Assembly: GCA_045863335.1 (NCBI GenBank)
Contig: BTVY01000014.1
Location: forward strand, 32,001-96,000
DNA length: 64,000 nt
Direction of reading: 5' to 3'
Source of the DNA: Candidatus Hydrogenedentota bacterium
GTDB taxonomy: Bacteria; Hydrogenedentota; Hydrogenedentia; Hydrogenedentales; SLHB01
Position 1 is the stretch's first letter, and each line of letters begins with the position of its first letter. The notes below the pieces were generated by a model. The model had not been told where the DNA came from. It was given only the letters and a program-made list of their open reading frames with translations, and made no database searches. Of this stretch, positions 28,297 to 39,253 are shown one piece after another. The translations under genes and the position numbers were made by a program.

Positions 28297-30084
28297 CTAC
28301 GTTAGCGGGACCAAGGTCCGGAAAAGGTTCCGAATGTCCGCGTTCTCTTCTGTCTGACAAAGCCGCTCCAGCCCGGCGCAAACGCCGTCGTGCGAGGTGG
28401 CGAGCAGGCGCTCTCCAATATCTCGATAAAGACTGCCTGTAATCAACTCACTCGCGAAGGTGAGAACACAGTCATCGATTCGTTCGCGCAGTGACGCGCG
28501 GCCGCGAGCGGTTGGACAGGCATACGCCTTGCCGGCCATGTGGGTTGCATTGCGCAATGCGTTCTTCGTGGACCCGACTTTGCGCAACGCTTCCAGCGCC
28601 ATGAGTCCCACCAACAGCGGACTGCGCCGGAGTCCCTCCGGCGGTACGATATTCATTTCGCTGTGGTCTGCGATGCACAATGCGGACAGGTACTCCATGG
28701 AACCCGGCTTCCCATATAGCAGCGTTCCTGCTTCGTGGCATTCCTCAAAAGCCCGGGCTCCGGGTTGTGCACTAAAGCAGCCGGCCATCAGGCTGATGTG
28801 ATTGTCGATGCAGAACTGTGCGACTTCACAACCCGTATTGGAGTCGATGGAGTCAAAACGATCATACGGCAGGCCGAATATGAATGAACCCTGGATGGAG
28901 ATGCCGAAACGCTGTATCTTTCGAATCTGGCGGGCGTAGTATTCGGGAACCGATAGACCGCTTTCTTCGATCTCGAATCGGCAGTGTTTGTTTATGTGCT
29001 CCAAGTTCTCCATGTTCAGGCTTTCAAAACCGATTTCGAACAGGAGCGCGCCGGCCAGCCGCAGCCGCTCCAGCAGTTTTTCGTTCGACGCAACTTCGAT
29101 GGAGATCTGCGCCATGAACGGCGCGCGTAACTTCCGCTCGATGATCTTGTCCAACATCTCATCCAGCGCCTCGCCGCCCAGAAGCAGGTTATCCGTCGTA
29201 AACAGGAATACGGGATAAGCGACCGAGTCCGCTTTTCGATCATATGACGCGAGTTCGGCTAGAAAGTCGTCCGGTGTACGTGTGCAGAGCCGTCGTTGAT
29301 TGATCGGCATGGAGGAGATGGAGCAGAAGCTGCAGTTGTAGGGACAGCCGAGCAGCGGTGCGACTGGATTGACTCGAATCTTATTGGCGAGATAACGCCC
29401 CAGGAACGGGACTTTGCCGCGTGTCTGCATGCAGATAGGCGGCAATGGTTCCACGTTGCGCCGCTCTTTCCACACGCCATCCTCGATTGTGGTTTGTCCC
29501 GTGTACTCCCGTTTCAACACGCCCTGTTCCAAGTCACGCAGAATAGCGCCCATTACGTTCGAGTCGGCCGGACCGCGTGCCGTTACGACCAGTTCCGGAT
29601 GGGGGCAATGCTTTCGGATGAAGACGTCTGCGTCCCCTGTCGCGGTTGAAACGTGAATCCCCCCCAGCACGACGGGAATGCGGGCATAATTCAGAACGAT
29701 GGTTGCGGCTACGGCGACGGGAAAGTTGGAGCTGATCGACGTAACGAATACCGCGTCCGGTGTCGATCCTTGACGCTTGATGATGGCGTCTATGCCCCGT
29801 CGACTGTCATCGGCTTGTATTACTTTCGCTTCGGCGGCCAGTTTTGCGATCTGGTTCCCGACGTAGATTGCCGCCCCGTTCTCCAGACCGAAGGTATCCA
29901 CCATGGTTTGCCGGCGCTTACTTAAGTCAAAGCGCAGAAAATCAAGGTAGTTTCCTTCATCAAGGCCGGCAGCGTCACGACCCGTAAGATAGGATATGAG
30001 ATCTAGTGGCGATTCGCACCTGGACCCTTCGCCGCTCATGAAATCAAACGTCGCCGGGTTGTAGACGATAAAGTACCTGTGCAT
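28297..30084 (-). CDS. B12-binding-domain-like radical SAM protein
   Basis: VVLGGIHVS, GCPYNCSFC (CxxxCxxC), TDNL, IGFES, GSFIFGLP.D. Confidence 0.85.
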   Translation of the reverse strand: MHRYFIVYNPATFDFMSGEGSRCESPLDLISYLTGRDAAGLDEGNYLDFLRFDLSKRRQTMVDTFGLENGAAIYVGNQIAKLAAEAKVIQADDSRRGIDAIIKRQGSTPDAVFVTSISSNFPVAVAATIVLNYARIPVVLGGIHVSTATGDADVFIRKHCPHPELVVTARGPADSNVMGAILRDLEQGVLKREYTGQTTIEDGVWKERRNVEPLPPICMQTRGKVPFLGRYLANKIRVNPVAPLLGCPYNCSFCSISSMPINQRRLCTRTPDDFLAELASYDRKADSVAYPVFLFTTDNLLLGGEALDEMLDKIIERKLRAPFMAQISIEVASNEKLLERLRLAGALLFEIGFESLNMENLEHINKHCRFEIEESGLSVPEYYARQIRKIQRFGISIQGSFIFGLPYDRFDSIDSNTGCEVAQFCIDNHISLMAGCFSAQPGARAFEECHEAGTLLYGKPGSMEYLSALCIADHSEMNIVPPEGLRRSPLLVGLMALEALRKVGSTKNALRNATHMAGKAYACPTARGRASLRERIDDCVLTFASELITGSLYRDIGERLLATSHDGVCAGLERLCQTEENADIRNLFRTLVPLT

Positions 30085-30561
30085 TGGCAGTTGCTCCCAG
30101 TGTCAGCTACCGCGGAAATTCCACGTGGAATGCTTCGATTACATCCGCCATCCGCTTCTTCATGCACGAGGCACAAAACGCTCGAACCGTGGCCCAGTCG
30201 CATCAGCGCAACCAGACTCTCGGACGACGAGTCTGTAAAGGTAAGAGAAGGAAAACCGGACGTAAGTTACATGACGGGTGCTGTTGGGGGTCTTCGCACT
30301 GGCCAGGGACCAAAGAACGCGGCCCGGTATCGATGTAAACTATTCAAATCAAAAGCGTTACGGGTTGGCGCGCACGGGCGGATGAAAAGCCACGAAATGC
30401 AGCTGAACTCCCGGTCGTCGTGACAAAAAACCGTCGTCTTGCTGTATAGTGGATACGGGGTCACTGCGAGTATCTGGACTGGATTTGTAGTCGGGGGAGC
30501 TTGGCTCTCAGTTTCTGATACTCGAGTTGGTTGCGGCTGGTCGAAAGGGGGATGGGCCGTC

Positions 30562-31275
30562 GTGCCGGGCACTTTCAAGACAACTTCCTGGACCGTGGTC
30601 TTGACCGCAAAGCAGGAAGATGATCTTGCTTCGCGAGATGCGCTCCAATCCTTGTGCGAATCATACTGGCCGCCTCTGTACTCCTATGTCCGGCACAGGG
30701 GTTATTCCATTGAAAGTGCTAAAGACTTGACGCAGGAATTCTTCGCGACGCTACTTGCCAAGAATTACCTGCATGATGTCGAACCGGCCAAGGGGCGTTT
30801 CCGATCGTTCTTGCTGGTTGCGCTGAACCACTTCCTTGCCAATGAGCATGACCGGAACCAGACATTGAAACGCGGGGGAGGGCAGATCCGATTGTCGCTG
30901 GATGTGTTGGAAGCCGAGCGACGCTACATCCTGGGACCACCCCACATGCTGAGTGCCGAGGCCATCTTCGATGCCGAATGGGCGCGCACGATAATCCAAC
31001 TGGCCCTCACGCGACTGGAGGCGGAGTACGGGGACCAGGGGAAATCGCGATTGTTTGATACGCTCCGAAGTTGTTTGTCCGGCGCCAGATCCGACCGTTC
31101 GTACCAGGAATTGGCGGATACCTTGGGTATTACCATGGGTGCAGTAAAGGTAGCGGTACATCGATTACGCAAGCGGTACGGCATCCTGTTGCGCGACGAA
31201 GTGGCCAAGACGTTGGAACGTCCTGAAAACATTGAAGAGGAGTTGAGATACCTCGCCGCGGCCGCAGGACTTTGA
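30562..31275 (+). CDS. ECF-type RNA polymerase sigma factor (kinase-associated type)
   Basis: FKTTSWTVV, LCESYWPPLYSYVR, DLTQEFF, GRFRSFLL, AVKVAVHRLRKRY. Confidence 0.88.
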   Translation: MPGTFKTTSWTVVLTAKQEDDLASRDALQSLCESYWPPLYSYVRHRGYSIESAKDLTQEFFATLLAKNYLHDVEPAKGRFRSFLLVALNHFLANEHDRNQTLKRGGGQIRLSLDVLEAERRYILGPPHMLSAEAIFDAEWARTIIQLALTRLEAEYGDQGKSRLFDTLRSCLSGARSDRSYQELADTLGITMGAVKVAVHRLRKRYGILLRDEVAKTLERPENIEEELRYLAAAAGL

Positions 31276-31356
31276 ACTGGGCTGCCGGTTTCCTGAATGC
31301 GCGCGGTGGATTTCAGACCCGAGGTGGATACCCGGCGAAGAGATGGATTCCTTTGT

Positions 31357-33840
31357 ATGCACCCCATCGAATACTGCACCGAATGCCAGGCGACAATACC
31401 ACCCTACGCCCCGGGAGGTCTTTGCCTCAGATGCATGATTCAGCATGGCCTCGATGAAACCGTGTCCGCGCCACGCGATACGACTCGCAACGCCCCCACG
31501 GAAGATTGTACGAATCACTCAGTACTTACGCCGGGCACGTACCTTGGCGCGTTCTGCATTGCCGGCCATCTTGGGGCCGGTGGTCAGGGCAGCGTGTATC
31601 GCGCATATGACTCCAAGCTGGGACGGTACGTTGCGCTGAAGATCCTCCGTGCCGACCTTTTGAGCGAACCAGAGTGTCTTGCCCGATTTGAACGTGAGGC
31701 CCGGACCCTCGCATCGTTGAACCACCCCAAAATCGCCGCCCTCTATGAACTGCGCGAGGAGGGCCAACACCGATTCCTCGTCCTTGAACTGGTCGAAGGG
31801 CAAACCCTCTCGGAGCGCCTGGCCGATGGCCGGTTCCAGATGGCCGAAGTGCTTGACATCGGCATTCAAATCGCCGAAGCACTTGAGGCGGCGCACAAGC
31901 GCGGGGTCATTCATCGGGATCTGAAGCCATCCAACATCATGTTGACGCCCGAAGGAGACGTGAAAGTTCTGGATTTCGGAATTGCGAAGGCAATGGATGC
32001 CGGCCTGCATGATTTCCACAGATACACACAAACCAGAATCGATCTCCAGGAGGCCTTCACGAACGGCCGGATCGTTGGCACACCGGCCTATATGTCGCCG
32101 GAACAGCGGAACGGGGACGCGGTTGACAACCGCACCGACATTTGGACGTTCGGGCTCATACTGTACGAAATGCTCATTGGAAATCGGGGTGCCCGCGACC
32201 AGCAGGGGCGACCGTTACCGGCTTCCTCGAACATTGAAACGGTTCCAGCAACGCTCCGGATGCCTCCCGAATTGCACCCAAGTCTTCAGCAAGTGCTCAG
32301 TAGGGCGCTGCAGTCCAACGTGTCGGAACGATATCAAAGCATCACCGAAGTATTGGCCGAATTGCGCGGGGTCGCCGACCGGCTGGACGCTGGACAACTG
32401 CAGAACACGAACGTGCAAAAGAAACTACCATCCCTCGCAATTCTTCCCTTCGTCAATGTCGATGATGATCCAGCGAATCAATACTTTAGCGACGGGCTGG
32501 CGGATGAATTGATCTATCGATTAGGCAAGCTGCCGGGTCTGCGAGTCGTCGCGCGGAGTTCCTCGTTTCGTTTCCGCGAGGCTGACTATGACGTTCGAGA
32601 GATCGGCTCCCAACTGGGGGTCAGTAGTGTGCTCGAAGGAAGCGTTCGCAGGGCAAAGAACCGGTTGCGGCTAACTGTTAATTTGGTCAGCACGGCAGAC
32701 GGATACCATCGCTGGTCGGGACGCTATGACCGTGAACTGGAAGACATGTTCGGTGTCCAGGAAGAGATCGCCGTTGCAATCGTGGAAAACCTGAAATACC
32801 GTCTCCGTGAGGAAGATGTCTCATCGATTACGACGCGATACACGGACAGCCTCGAAGCCCATGACCATTACCTGAAAGGCCGGTACCACCTGAACTCGGT
32901 TTCTCTGGAACGGCTGAATACCGCGTTGGAATGCTTCCGAAAAGCGATTCGCGAAGATCCGCAATATGCGCTGGCCTACGCTGGCTTGACAGAATGTTAC
33001 TGCTTACTGGGGATGTTTGGGTTTATCGACCCGAAGGAAGCAATCCCAAATGCGATGAAAGCCGGATCCCGCGCGATTGCGCTGGATGAGAGCCTTGCGG
33101 AGGTTCACCATGCGATGGGTCTTGTGCGGACGTTCTGTAATGAATGGGCATCGGCCCGCGAGGAGTTTAAACGAGCAATTCAGCTTCAACCCGAACACGC
33201 GTTTGGCCGCGCATGTTATGCAATGTATCTTCGGTTCACCACAGACGCGACCAGCGCGCTGGATGCGATGAGAATAGCGCTGGACTTGGAGCCGCACTCC
33301 GTGGCGGTCAATGCGGGTGCCGCCTACCTTTTCTACTCGCTTCGTCAATACGACGAGGCAATCCGGCAATGCGAGAAAGTCCTGGCCATGGAGCCAGACT
33401 TCTTTCAGGCGCATGGATACTTGGCGTTTTCGTATGCGCGGAAAGGAATGCTCAATCGTAGTGTGGCCGAATGGCAAGCGTTGCTCGAGCAGCGGGGCTA
33501 CCGCGTCATCGCGGCGGGAGTCCAGCGAGCGTACGCGCGGTCGGGCTACCGCGGGGCGATGCTTGCAATTGCCCGGCGCGGCGTGCTGGCCTATTATGTC
33601 TTGCGGATTCTGCGATGGGTATCGCGAAAGTGTCGCAGGTTCTGCACTCCCATGCTACCGGCCGTGCTCTATGCGGAAGCGGGAGAGCGGGACCGGGCCT
33701 TGGCGTGGTTGAACAAGGCCCATAAGCAACGTTCGCCCCTCATGATCGGCCTCACGGAAGACCCCACGTGGGACGGGTTGCGCTCGGATCCAAGGTTTGA
33801 CGAGGTCATCGGTAAGATCGCGAGCAATCCCATCGAATGA
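31357..33840 (+). CDS. Hanks-type Ser/Thr protein kinase with TolB-N-like and TPR domains
   Basis: GAGGQG, VALK, HRDLKPSN, DFG, GTPAYMSPEQ; SLAILPF..YFSDGLADE; TPR repeats; start uncertain (31297-31357). Confidence 0.92.
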   Translation: MHPIEYCTECQATIPPYAPGGLCLRCMIQHGLDETVSAPRDTTRNAPTEDCTNHSVLTPGTYLGAFCIAGHLGAGGQGSVYRAYDSKLGRYVALKILRADLLSEPECLARFEREARTLASLNHPKIAALYELREEGQHRFLVLELVEGQTLSERLADGRFQMAEVLDIGIQIAEALEAAHKRGVIHRDLKPSNIMLTPEGDVKVLDFGIAKAMDAGLHDFHRYTQTRIDLQEAFTNGRIVGTPAYMSPEQRNGDAVDNRTDIWTFGLILYEMLIGNRGARDQQGRPLPASSNIETVPATLRMPPELHPSLQQVLSRALQSNVSERYQSITEVLAELRGVADRLDAGQLQNTNVQKKLPSLAILPFVNVDDDPANQYFSDGLADELIYRLGKLPGLRVVARSSSFRFREADYDVREIGSQLGVSSVLEGSVRRAKNRLRLTVNLVSTADGYHRWSGRYDRELEDMFGVQEEIAVAIVENLKYRLREEDVSSITTRYTDSLEAHDHYLKGRYHLNSVSLERLNTALECFRKAIREDPQYALAYAGLTECYCLLGMFGFIDPKEAIPNAMKAGSRAIALDESLAEVHHAMGLVRTFCNEWASAREEFKRAIQLQPEHAFGRACYAMYLRFTTDATSALDAMRIALDLEPHSVAVNAGAAYLFYSLRQYDEAIRQCEKVLAMEPDFFQAHGYLAFSYARKGMLNRSVAEWQALLEQRGYRVIAAGVQRAYARSGYRGAMLAIARRGVLAYYVLRILRWVSRKCRRFCTPMLPAVLYAEAGERDRALAWLNKAHKQRSPLMIGLTEDPTWDGLRSDPRFDEVIGKIASNPIE

Positions 33841-33885
33841 CCGCCAAAAGGTACGGTCTGCGCCGCGTCCCGATCGTTCTCGTGT

Positions 33886-35085
33886 CTACCGCAGCTTCTC
33901 GATGCAATCGATGAGCGCGGCGCAGAGGTACTCGTTGTCGTCGTCGCTCATGGCGGGGTGGATGGGTAGGCAGAACAGCCGGCGGCCGAGTTCTTCGGAG
34001 AGCGGCAGGCGCTGCCCCTTCGTGTGGTCCGCGAGGAGTTTGCGCTTCTCGTAGACGGGGGGGTTGGCGACCACGCATTTGATGTTGTGCTCTTCATCCA
34101 GCATCTTCATGATCTGATCGCGCTTCTCGCCTTGCCAATCTTTATTCACGAGGATGGTGTAGAGGTAATAGCTGTGTTCGCAGTCCTCGGGTTCGAACGG
34201 CAGCGTGATCTCGTCGATGCCCTCGAGCAATTCGTCGCGACGTTTGGCCAGGCGCCGGCGGGATTCAATGAAACTGTCCAGCTTGCTTAGTTGCACCAAT
34301 CCAACCGCAGCTTGGACCTTGGTCATCACGTTCGACGTGCCCCACACGTCCGTGTCCATGCCGTAGAAGCGCGACGACCGGCAGAACGCGGCTGCGTCGT
34401 CGTCGTCCGTCGTGACCATGCCGCCTTCGCCGAGGGTGCACATGTTTTTCATCGTATGGAAGGAGAACACGGTCATGAACCCCCGTTTCCCGATTTTCTC
34501 GCCTTTGTACGAACCGCCGGTGGCGCGAGCCGCGTCGCCAATGACGACGAGGGGCCCATGCTTCTCATGGGGATGGCGTTCGGCGATTTCGTAGTAGTCG
34601 TCCATGGGCGCGGCGAGACCGTTCATATGCACGGGAAAAATGGCGCGCGTGCGCGGGGTGATGCGTTTCTCGACGTCGTTGGGATCGAGCTGGAGCGTTA
34701 CGGGATCCACCTCGCCCCACACGATCTGACCGCCCGCGCCCATCACCGCCAAGGGTGACGCGACAAAGTTAACCGCAGGCACAATCACTTCGTCGCCGGG
34801 CTGCAAATTCAGGTACCGCATCGACATGTCGAGTCCTGGCCCCGCGCTGTTCAACGCAACGGCGTGTTTCGTGCCGCAGTATTCAGCAAAGGCCTTTTCG
34901 AAATCCGGAATCGGCGGCGCGGAGAAACCAAACCCGACGCTCGGGGCCATGGATTCGCGCATGGCGGCCACGGCCGCTTCGATCTCCTCCTCGCCATAGC
35001 AGCCGCCCAGGAGTGGTTCGCCTTCCCATACGAGGGAAGTCTTGCCGCGTTTCAGAATCTCGGTCCGTGCATCGGTAGTAATCAT
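33886..35085 (-). CDS. DegT/DnrJ/EryC1/StrS family PLP-dependent aminotransferase
   Basis: PGDEVIVP, PVHMNG, DAA, FSFHTMKNM.TLGEGGM, LPIHP. Confidence 0.92.
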   Translation of the reverse strand: MITTDARTEILKRGKTSLVWEGEPLLGGCYGEEEIEAAVAAMRESMAPSVGFGFSAPPIPDFEKAFAEYCGTKHAVALNSAGPGLDMSMRYLNLQPGDEVIVPAVNFVASPLAVMGAGGQIVWGEVDPVTLQLDPNDVEKRITPRTRAIFPVHMNGLAAPMDDYYEIAERHPHEKHGPLVVIGDAARATGGSYKGEKIGKRGFMTVFSFHTMKNMCTLGEGGMVTTDDDDAAAFCRSSRFYGMDTDVWGTSNVMTKVQAAVGLVQLSKLDSFIESRRRLAKRRDELLEGIDEITLPFEPEDCEHSYYLYTILVNKDWQGEKRDQIMKMLDEEHNIKCVVANPPVYEKRKLLADHTKGQRLPLSEELGRRLFCLPIHPAMSDDDNEYLCAALIDCIEKLR

Positions 35086-35218
35086 GGCGCAAATACTCTC
35101 GTTGTCTAAGGTTCTTCGTTAAAAGGCACGGAAAGCATCGTGCCATCCCCAAGCCCGCAACGCAAGCTTTCGTTAGTCTGCGACAGAAGCAGACTTGCAG
35201 CCTCTGGAACTTCCGATA

Positions 35219-35386
35219 GAAGAACATCCCCCTTGATTCCCCTTCGAAGGAGGAGTCCACCACAACGCTTTGCGTTGTGAGGATTTTCCGGTAGATGCCT
35301 TTGAATCGTCCGAAGGACACCCTTCCTGGTACGACGATGATGAACGGAATTCCCCCTTCGAAGGGGGATCAAGGGGGATGTTCTTC
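35219..35386. mobile_element. MITE/REP-doublet-like element, copy 1
   Basis: inverted ends GAAGAACATCCCCCTTGATTCCCCTTCGAAGG.. / ..CCCCCTTCGAAGGGGGATCAAGGGGGATGTTCTTC; internal hairpin at 35261-35279. Confidence 0.75.
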
Positions 35387-35437
35387 GAGCTATAGGCGCG
35401 AGTTCCCCGTTTACCAATCAGTGCCGGCGTCCGTCCC

Positions 35438-36799
35438 TCACGCGTCAATAGGCGGGACTTCAAACCCGGGTCGGTACTCATCCTTCAACAGCGCGTCGGC
35501 CTCGGTGTCGCCAACAAACGTTTCCTGAGTCGGATCGAAGGCCAACGATCGGCCCAGGCGACAACTGATGTTCGCGAGGTGGCAGTGGGCCGACGAAATG
35601 TGCCCCTGCTCGGCCGTCGCGGGAATGTCGCCCTTGTCGCGGCTTCGGACGGCTTTGAGGAAGCGTTCGTACTGGATGTCTGGCCGTCCTTCTTCGGGTG
35701 CCGGAAACTCGGGCACTTCCTCGATGAGCTTCCCTCCTTGATCGTAGAACCCGACCTTCCATTCGGCGATATAGCCCCAGCCGCCGGAACCATAAAACAG
35801 GTTGCCGATCGTGACCGGTCCCTCTCCGTTGGTCGCGCGTCCGCGCACGGCGAACTCAAGGGCCGTGCCGTCGTTGTACGTGAAAGTCGTGCTCATGGTG
35901 TTGGGTGTCTCGCCGTCGTCTTCGTACCCGTAACGGCCGCCCGCGCTGTAGATCGTGCAGGGCAGTCCTTTGTCCAAGGCCCACGTCGCCACGTCCATCT
36001 GGTGCACGCCCTGATTCCCGATGTCCCCGTTGCCGTAGTCCCAGAACCAGTGCCAGTTGTAGTGGATGAACAATCCGCCGACGCCGTCGTCAATCGCATG
36101 GCGATCCGGATTGCCCGTGCCGGGCTTTCGCCGGCGGTAAGGCTGTTCGGGGCGCGGGCCCTGCCACAGCGAATAGTCCAGGAAGTCGGGGGCCGCGACC
36201 TGCTCTCCTTTGCCGATGTCATCGCGTTCCTTGTAGCAAAGCGCGCGCGCCAGAAAGATGTCGCCAATGATTCCGTCGCGCATGCGTTGAATCGCCCATT
36301 GCCAACTCGGGATGGAGCGGTTCTGCGTACCGTGTTGCACGATGCGATCCGATTTCGCGGCGAGGCGCGCCAGTTGCCGGCCTTCCCAGACGTTGTGTGA
36401 GAGGGGTTTCTCCACATAAACGTCCTTCCCGGCTTCGATAGCCCACATGGCCGCGAGCGTGTGCCAGTGGTTGGGCGTGGCGATGCTTGCCACGTCCACC
36501 TCGGGATCGGCGAAGGCCTCGCGCATGTCGGTATAGGTCTTGGGACGCTTCCCCGTGTGCTCCTGGATTTGATTGGCGCGCGCTTCCAATACGTTCCGAT
36601 CCACGTCGCACAAGGCGACGACGTCCGATTCACCGCCGGTCAGGAAATTGCGGATGTGGTTGCCGCCACGCCCGTGCACGCCCACACAGCAGACACCGAT
36701 GCGATCGTTCGCGCCGAACACGGAGGATCGCGTCATTAGCCCCGCCGCCATCGCCGCGCTTGCCGTGGTTCCCAGGAATTGTCTGCGCGTGATGGGCAT
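35438..36799 (-). CDS. Tat-exported Gfo/Idh/MocA family oxidoreductase
   Basis: TRRQFL Tat motif, GVHGRG, ATPNHWH, VEKP, GTQNRS, GDIGNQGVH; AAGGAG RBS. Confidence 0.92.
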   Translation of the reverse strand: MPITRRQFLGTTASAAMAAGLMTRSSVFGANDRIGVCCVGVHGRGGNHIRNFLTGGESDVVALCDVDRNVLEARANQIQEHTGKRPKTYTDMREAFADPEVDVASIATPNHWHTLAAMWAIEAGKDVYVEKPLSHNVWEGRQLARLAAKSDRIVQHGTQNRSIPSWQWAIQRMRDGIIGDIFLARALCYKERDDIGKGEQVAAPDFLDYSLWQGPRPEQPYRRRKPGTGNPDRHAIDDGVGGLFIHYNWHWFWDYGNGDIGNQGVHQMDVATWALDKGLPCTIYSAGGRYGYEDDGETPNTMSTTFTYNDGTALEFAVRGRATNGEGPVTIGNLFYGSGGWGYIAEWKVGFYDQGGKLIEEVPEFPAPEEGRPDIQYERFLKAVRSRDKGDIPATAEQGHISSAHCHLANISCRLGRSLAFDPTQETFVGDTEADALLKDEYRPGFEVPPIDA

Positions 36800-36918
36800 G
36801 CGGGATCTCCTTCTGGACATGATAGACATTATGGACGCGTGTAATGAACATGCGTGCGCCATTGCATGTCAGGAGAGTATAGGACGCAATCGCCGCTCAG
36901 GCAATTCGGCAGCGATAG

Positions 36919-37764
36919 CTACTCCAGGCTCAAAATCCACGCGGAGGCTAGTTCGTGCCACTCATTGGTGCTGCTATGGCCCTTCGTCGGCAGAACGTTC
37001 AGCGTGACCCTGCCCGGCAGTTCGCGTTCGTCCGCCACCGCCGTCATGCGCCGGGCGAATGCGATGGCGTGGTCCGTGCCGACGCGCGTGTCTTGACTGC
37101 CGATTGTGATCCAGACCGGCCGGTCCGCGAGAGCCTCCGCGGAATGAATGAGCGACAACTGTTCCGTCAGCGCGTCGTCGTCCATGCCGTCAAACTCGCG
37201 GAGCGCGCGCAGGTCGGTGACGGGCGAATAGGCCGCCACCGCGCGAATGGATGGAATTCCCGCGGCGGCCTGGCAGGCCATGTACCCGCCGCGCGACGTG
37301 CCCTCCGCGACGATGGCATCCGGCCTGGCAATCCCCTGATCCACCAGATAAGCCAGCACCTCGTTCACACGCGTGCGCCAATCGGTCAGGATGTTCTCTC
37401 CACGTTCGACCCGGTATCGCCACCCGTCGAGTTGCGCGGGCTCACCTTCACGTTGGTCGGCGCCGTGGCAGGGCAAATCGAGTGCGATGATGTTCCACCC
37501 CTGAGGATGCAGGATCGCGCCGGTGTGCGCGTAGGGGTCGTTCTTCAACGTTGACTCCGCGTCCAACGCGCAAACCAGCAGCGTGGGCGCGGGAATCGAC
37601 GCGGATGGAATGATGGCAAACGCCGTGCCGTTCGCCGTCGCGCGCCATTCGAGCGCCGCGCTGGACGCGTCCCCACTGTCCCCCTGCGCAGCAAGTGCAC
37701 CGGCGGCGAGCGCAAGAACAACGATACGTCTCACGGGTATCAGTTGGATCACCTCCTCGATCAT
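36919..37764 (-). CDS. secreted alpha/beta hydrolase
   Basis: signal peptide, DLPCHG, GTSRGG nucleophile elbow, D in GSQD, C-terminal GH. Confidence 0.8.
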   Translation of the reverse strand: MIEEVIQLIPVRRIVVLALAAGALAAQGDSGDASSAALEWRATANGTAFAIIPSASIPAPTLLVCALDAESTLKNDPYAHTGAILHPQGWNIIALDLPCHGADQREGEPAQLDGWRYRVERGENILTDWRTRVNEVLAYLVDQGIARPDAIVAEGTSRGGYMACQAAAGIPSIRAVAAYSPVTDLRALREFDGMDDDALTEQLSLIHSAEALADRPVWITIGSQDTRVGTDHAIAFARRMTAVADERELPGRVTLNVLPTKGHSSTNEWHELASAWILSLE

Positions 37765-37784
37765 TCCCTGCCGCGGGCGTGGAA

Positions 37785-39029
37785 CTACATATTCCGGGTG
37801 TAGTACTCACCCGTCAAGCGCGCATCGCCCGTCTCGATTGCTTTCAGCGCACCGGAATCCTGTTTCAGGTAGGCATCGTAGACCAATAGGCACAGCGCGA
37901 TCATATCGGCGCGGTTGCGGCGATAGGTGACGAGTTGGATACCCTCGAAGTTGCCGAAGAAGGGCAACAGCTTGTCGCCCAGGAACCCAATCGGCGGGTC
38001 GATGAAGAAGACATGCCCGGAATCGTGGAAGATGATGTAAGCTGACGGCGCGTGCATCACATTGAATCGTTGCCACGTGGGCGCAATCACGCCCGTGGGG
38101 TCGTCGTACTCGCCGTTCATGAAGATGACTGGCGTGTCGATGCGTTCGAAGTTTTCCGTTCGTTGCAAGGTGGGTACCGCGCCTTTCAAGAGCGCCACTG
38201 CGATGTGGTCGCTCCAGGAATAGGTGGACTCGCCGTCGCGGCGTACGACCGATTCGATCACCTCGTCCGGACCAAGCGAGTGGGCTTCGAGTCCGATCCG
38301 ATCGGTGTTTATCCGGCCGTAGACGGGATACGCGGGATCTTCGTTAACCTCAAACATGGCCTTCACCACGAGATCCAGCGAATATCCGCGGTAGGCGAAG
38401 AGGGTTTGGCGGTAAAGATCCGCCAGCGCCTGATCGTCGACTTCCCCGTTGTACAGCGCCTTGTAGTACGTGTACACCTCTTTTGGACCAATCAACCCGT
38501 CGCCCGTGTAGTCGAGAAGGAGACCTTCCAGTTCGGTTGCATTGTCGCGGAAGGCGGAAAAATTGGGATCGACGAACGGATCCACGAACGGCTCAAGTCC
38601 GATGAAGTGCAGATAATCGCCTTTGATGTCCGGCAAGAATACGACATATCCGGCATCCACCAGCGATCGCGTGTACTCCAAGTACAGGAATCCACCCGCC
38701 GTAAACCCGGGAATCACCCCGACCGGCGGCATCAGCGGCGCACCATTCGAGAGGCTTGCCTTCTTATAGAGCACGGCGATCTTCATCACTTCGACGCCGT
38801 CGTAGGCGGGACGCTCAAGAATGAAATAGTCCTGTCCCGCATTCCGGCAGATTCGCTTCAGATCCGCTTCAAAATCCGAGCCGGTAGTTTCCGCATGCTG
38901 CGTCTCCCTGGAATCCTCGAGGCTGGTCTGGAGGGATTGTTCTGAAACCGGCGCTTTCGGGCAGGCGCCTACCAGCAGGGTGAGCGCGACCAGCGCAACG
39001 GCGGTCAGCACCGGAAGAGGTCGATTCAT
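37785..39029 (-). CDS. lipoprotein of the alpha/beta hydrolase fold
   Basis: lipobox LVGAC; VIPGF, RIGLEAHSLG, GEYD, SGH. Confidence 0.65.
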   Translation of the reverse strand: MNRPLPVLTAVALVALTLLVGACPKAPVSEQSLQTSLEDSRETQHAETTGSDFEADLKRICRNAGQDYFILERPAYDGVEVMKIAVLYKKASLSNGAPLMPPVGVIPGFTAGGFLYLEYTRSLVDAGYVVFLPDIKGDYLHFIGLEPFVDPFVDPNFSAFRDNATELEGLLLDYTGDGLIGPKEVYTYYKALYNGEVDDQALADLYRQTLFAYRGYSLDLVVKAMFEVNEDPAYPVYGRINTDRIGLEAHSLGPDEVIESVVRRDGESTYSWSDHIAVALLKGAVPTLQRTENFERIDTPVIFMNGEYDDPTGVIAPTWQRFNVMHAPSAYIIFHDSGHVFFIDPPIGFLGDKLLPFFGNFEGIQLVTYRRNRADMIALCLLVYDAYLKQDSGALKAIETGDARLTGEYYTRNM

Positions 39030-39253
39030 GAGATCTCTTTCTGTAGCATTACCGGCTCCGCCGGGAACTTCGCGCATGAGTAAGAGCAGGCCCATTATAC
39101 ACAAGAGACCTGCCGCAGTATGGGGATAAGCTCAGGCCAATCGCGCTAAATTTGACCTCATTTTCAACTCTTGGGGTAGTACTTCCCCCGTCACCCGCGC
39201 GAAATCCGGGGTCCATCTTGCCCGATTCGATGCCAATTGCGCGCGGCGGCGCC

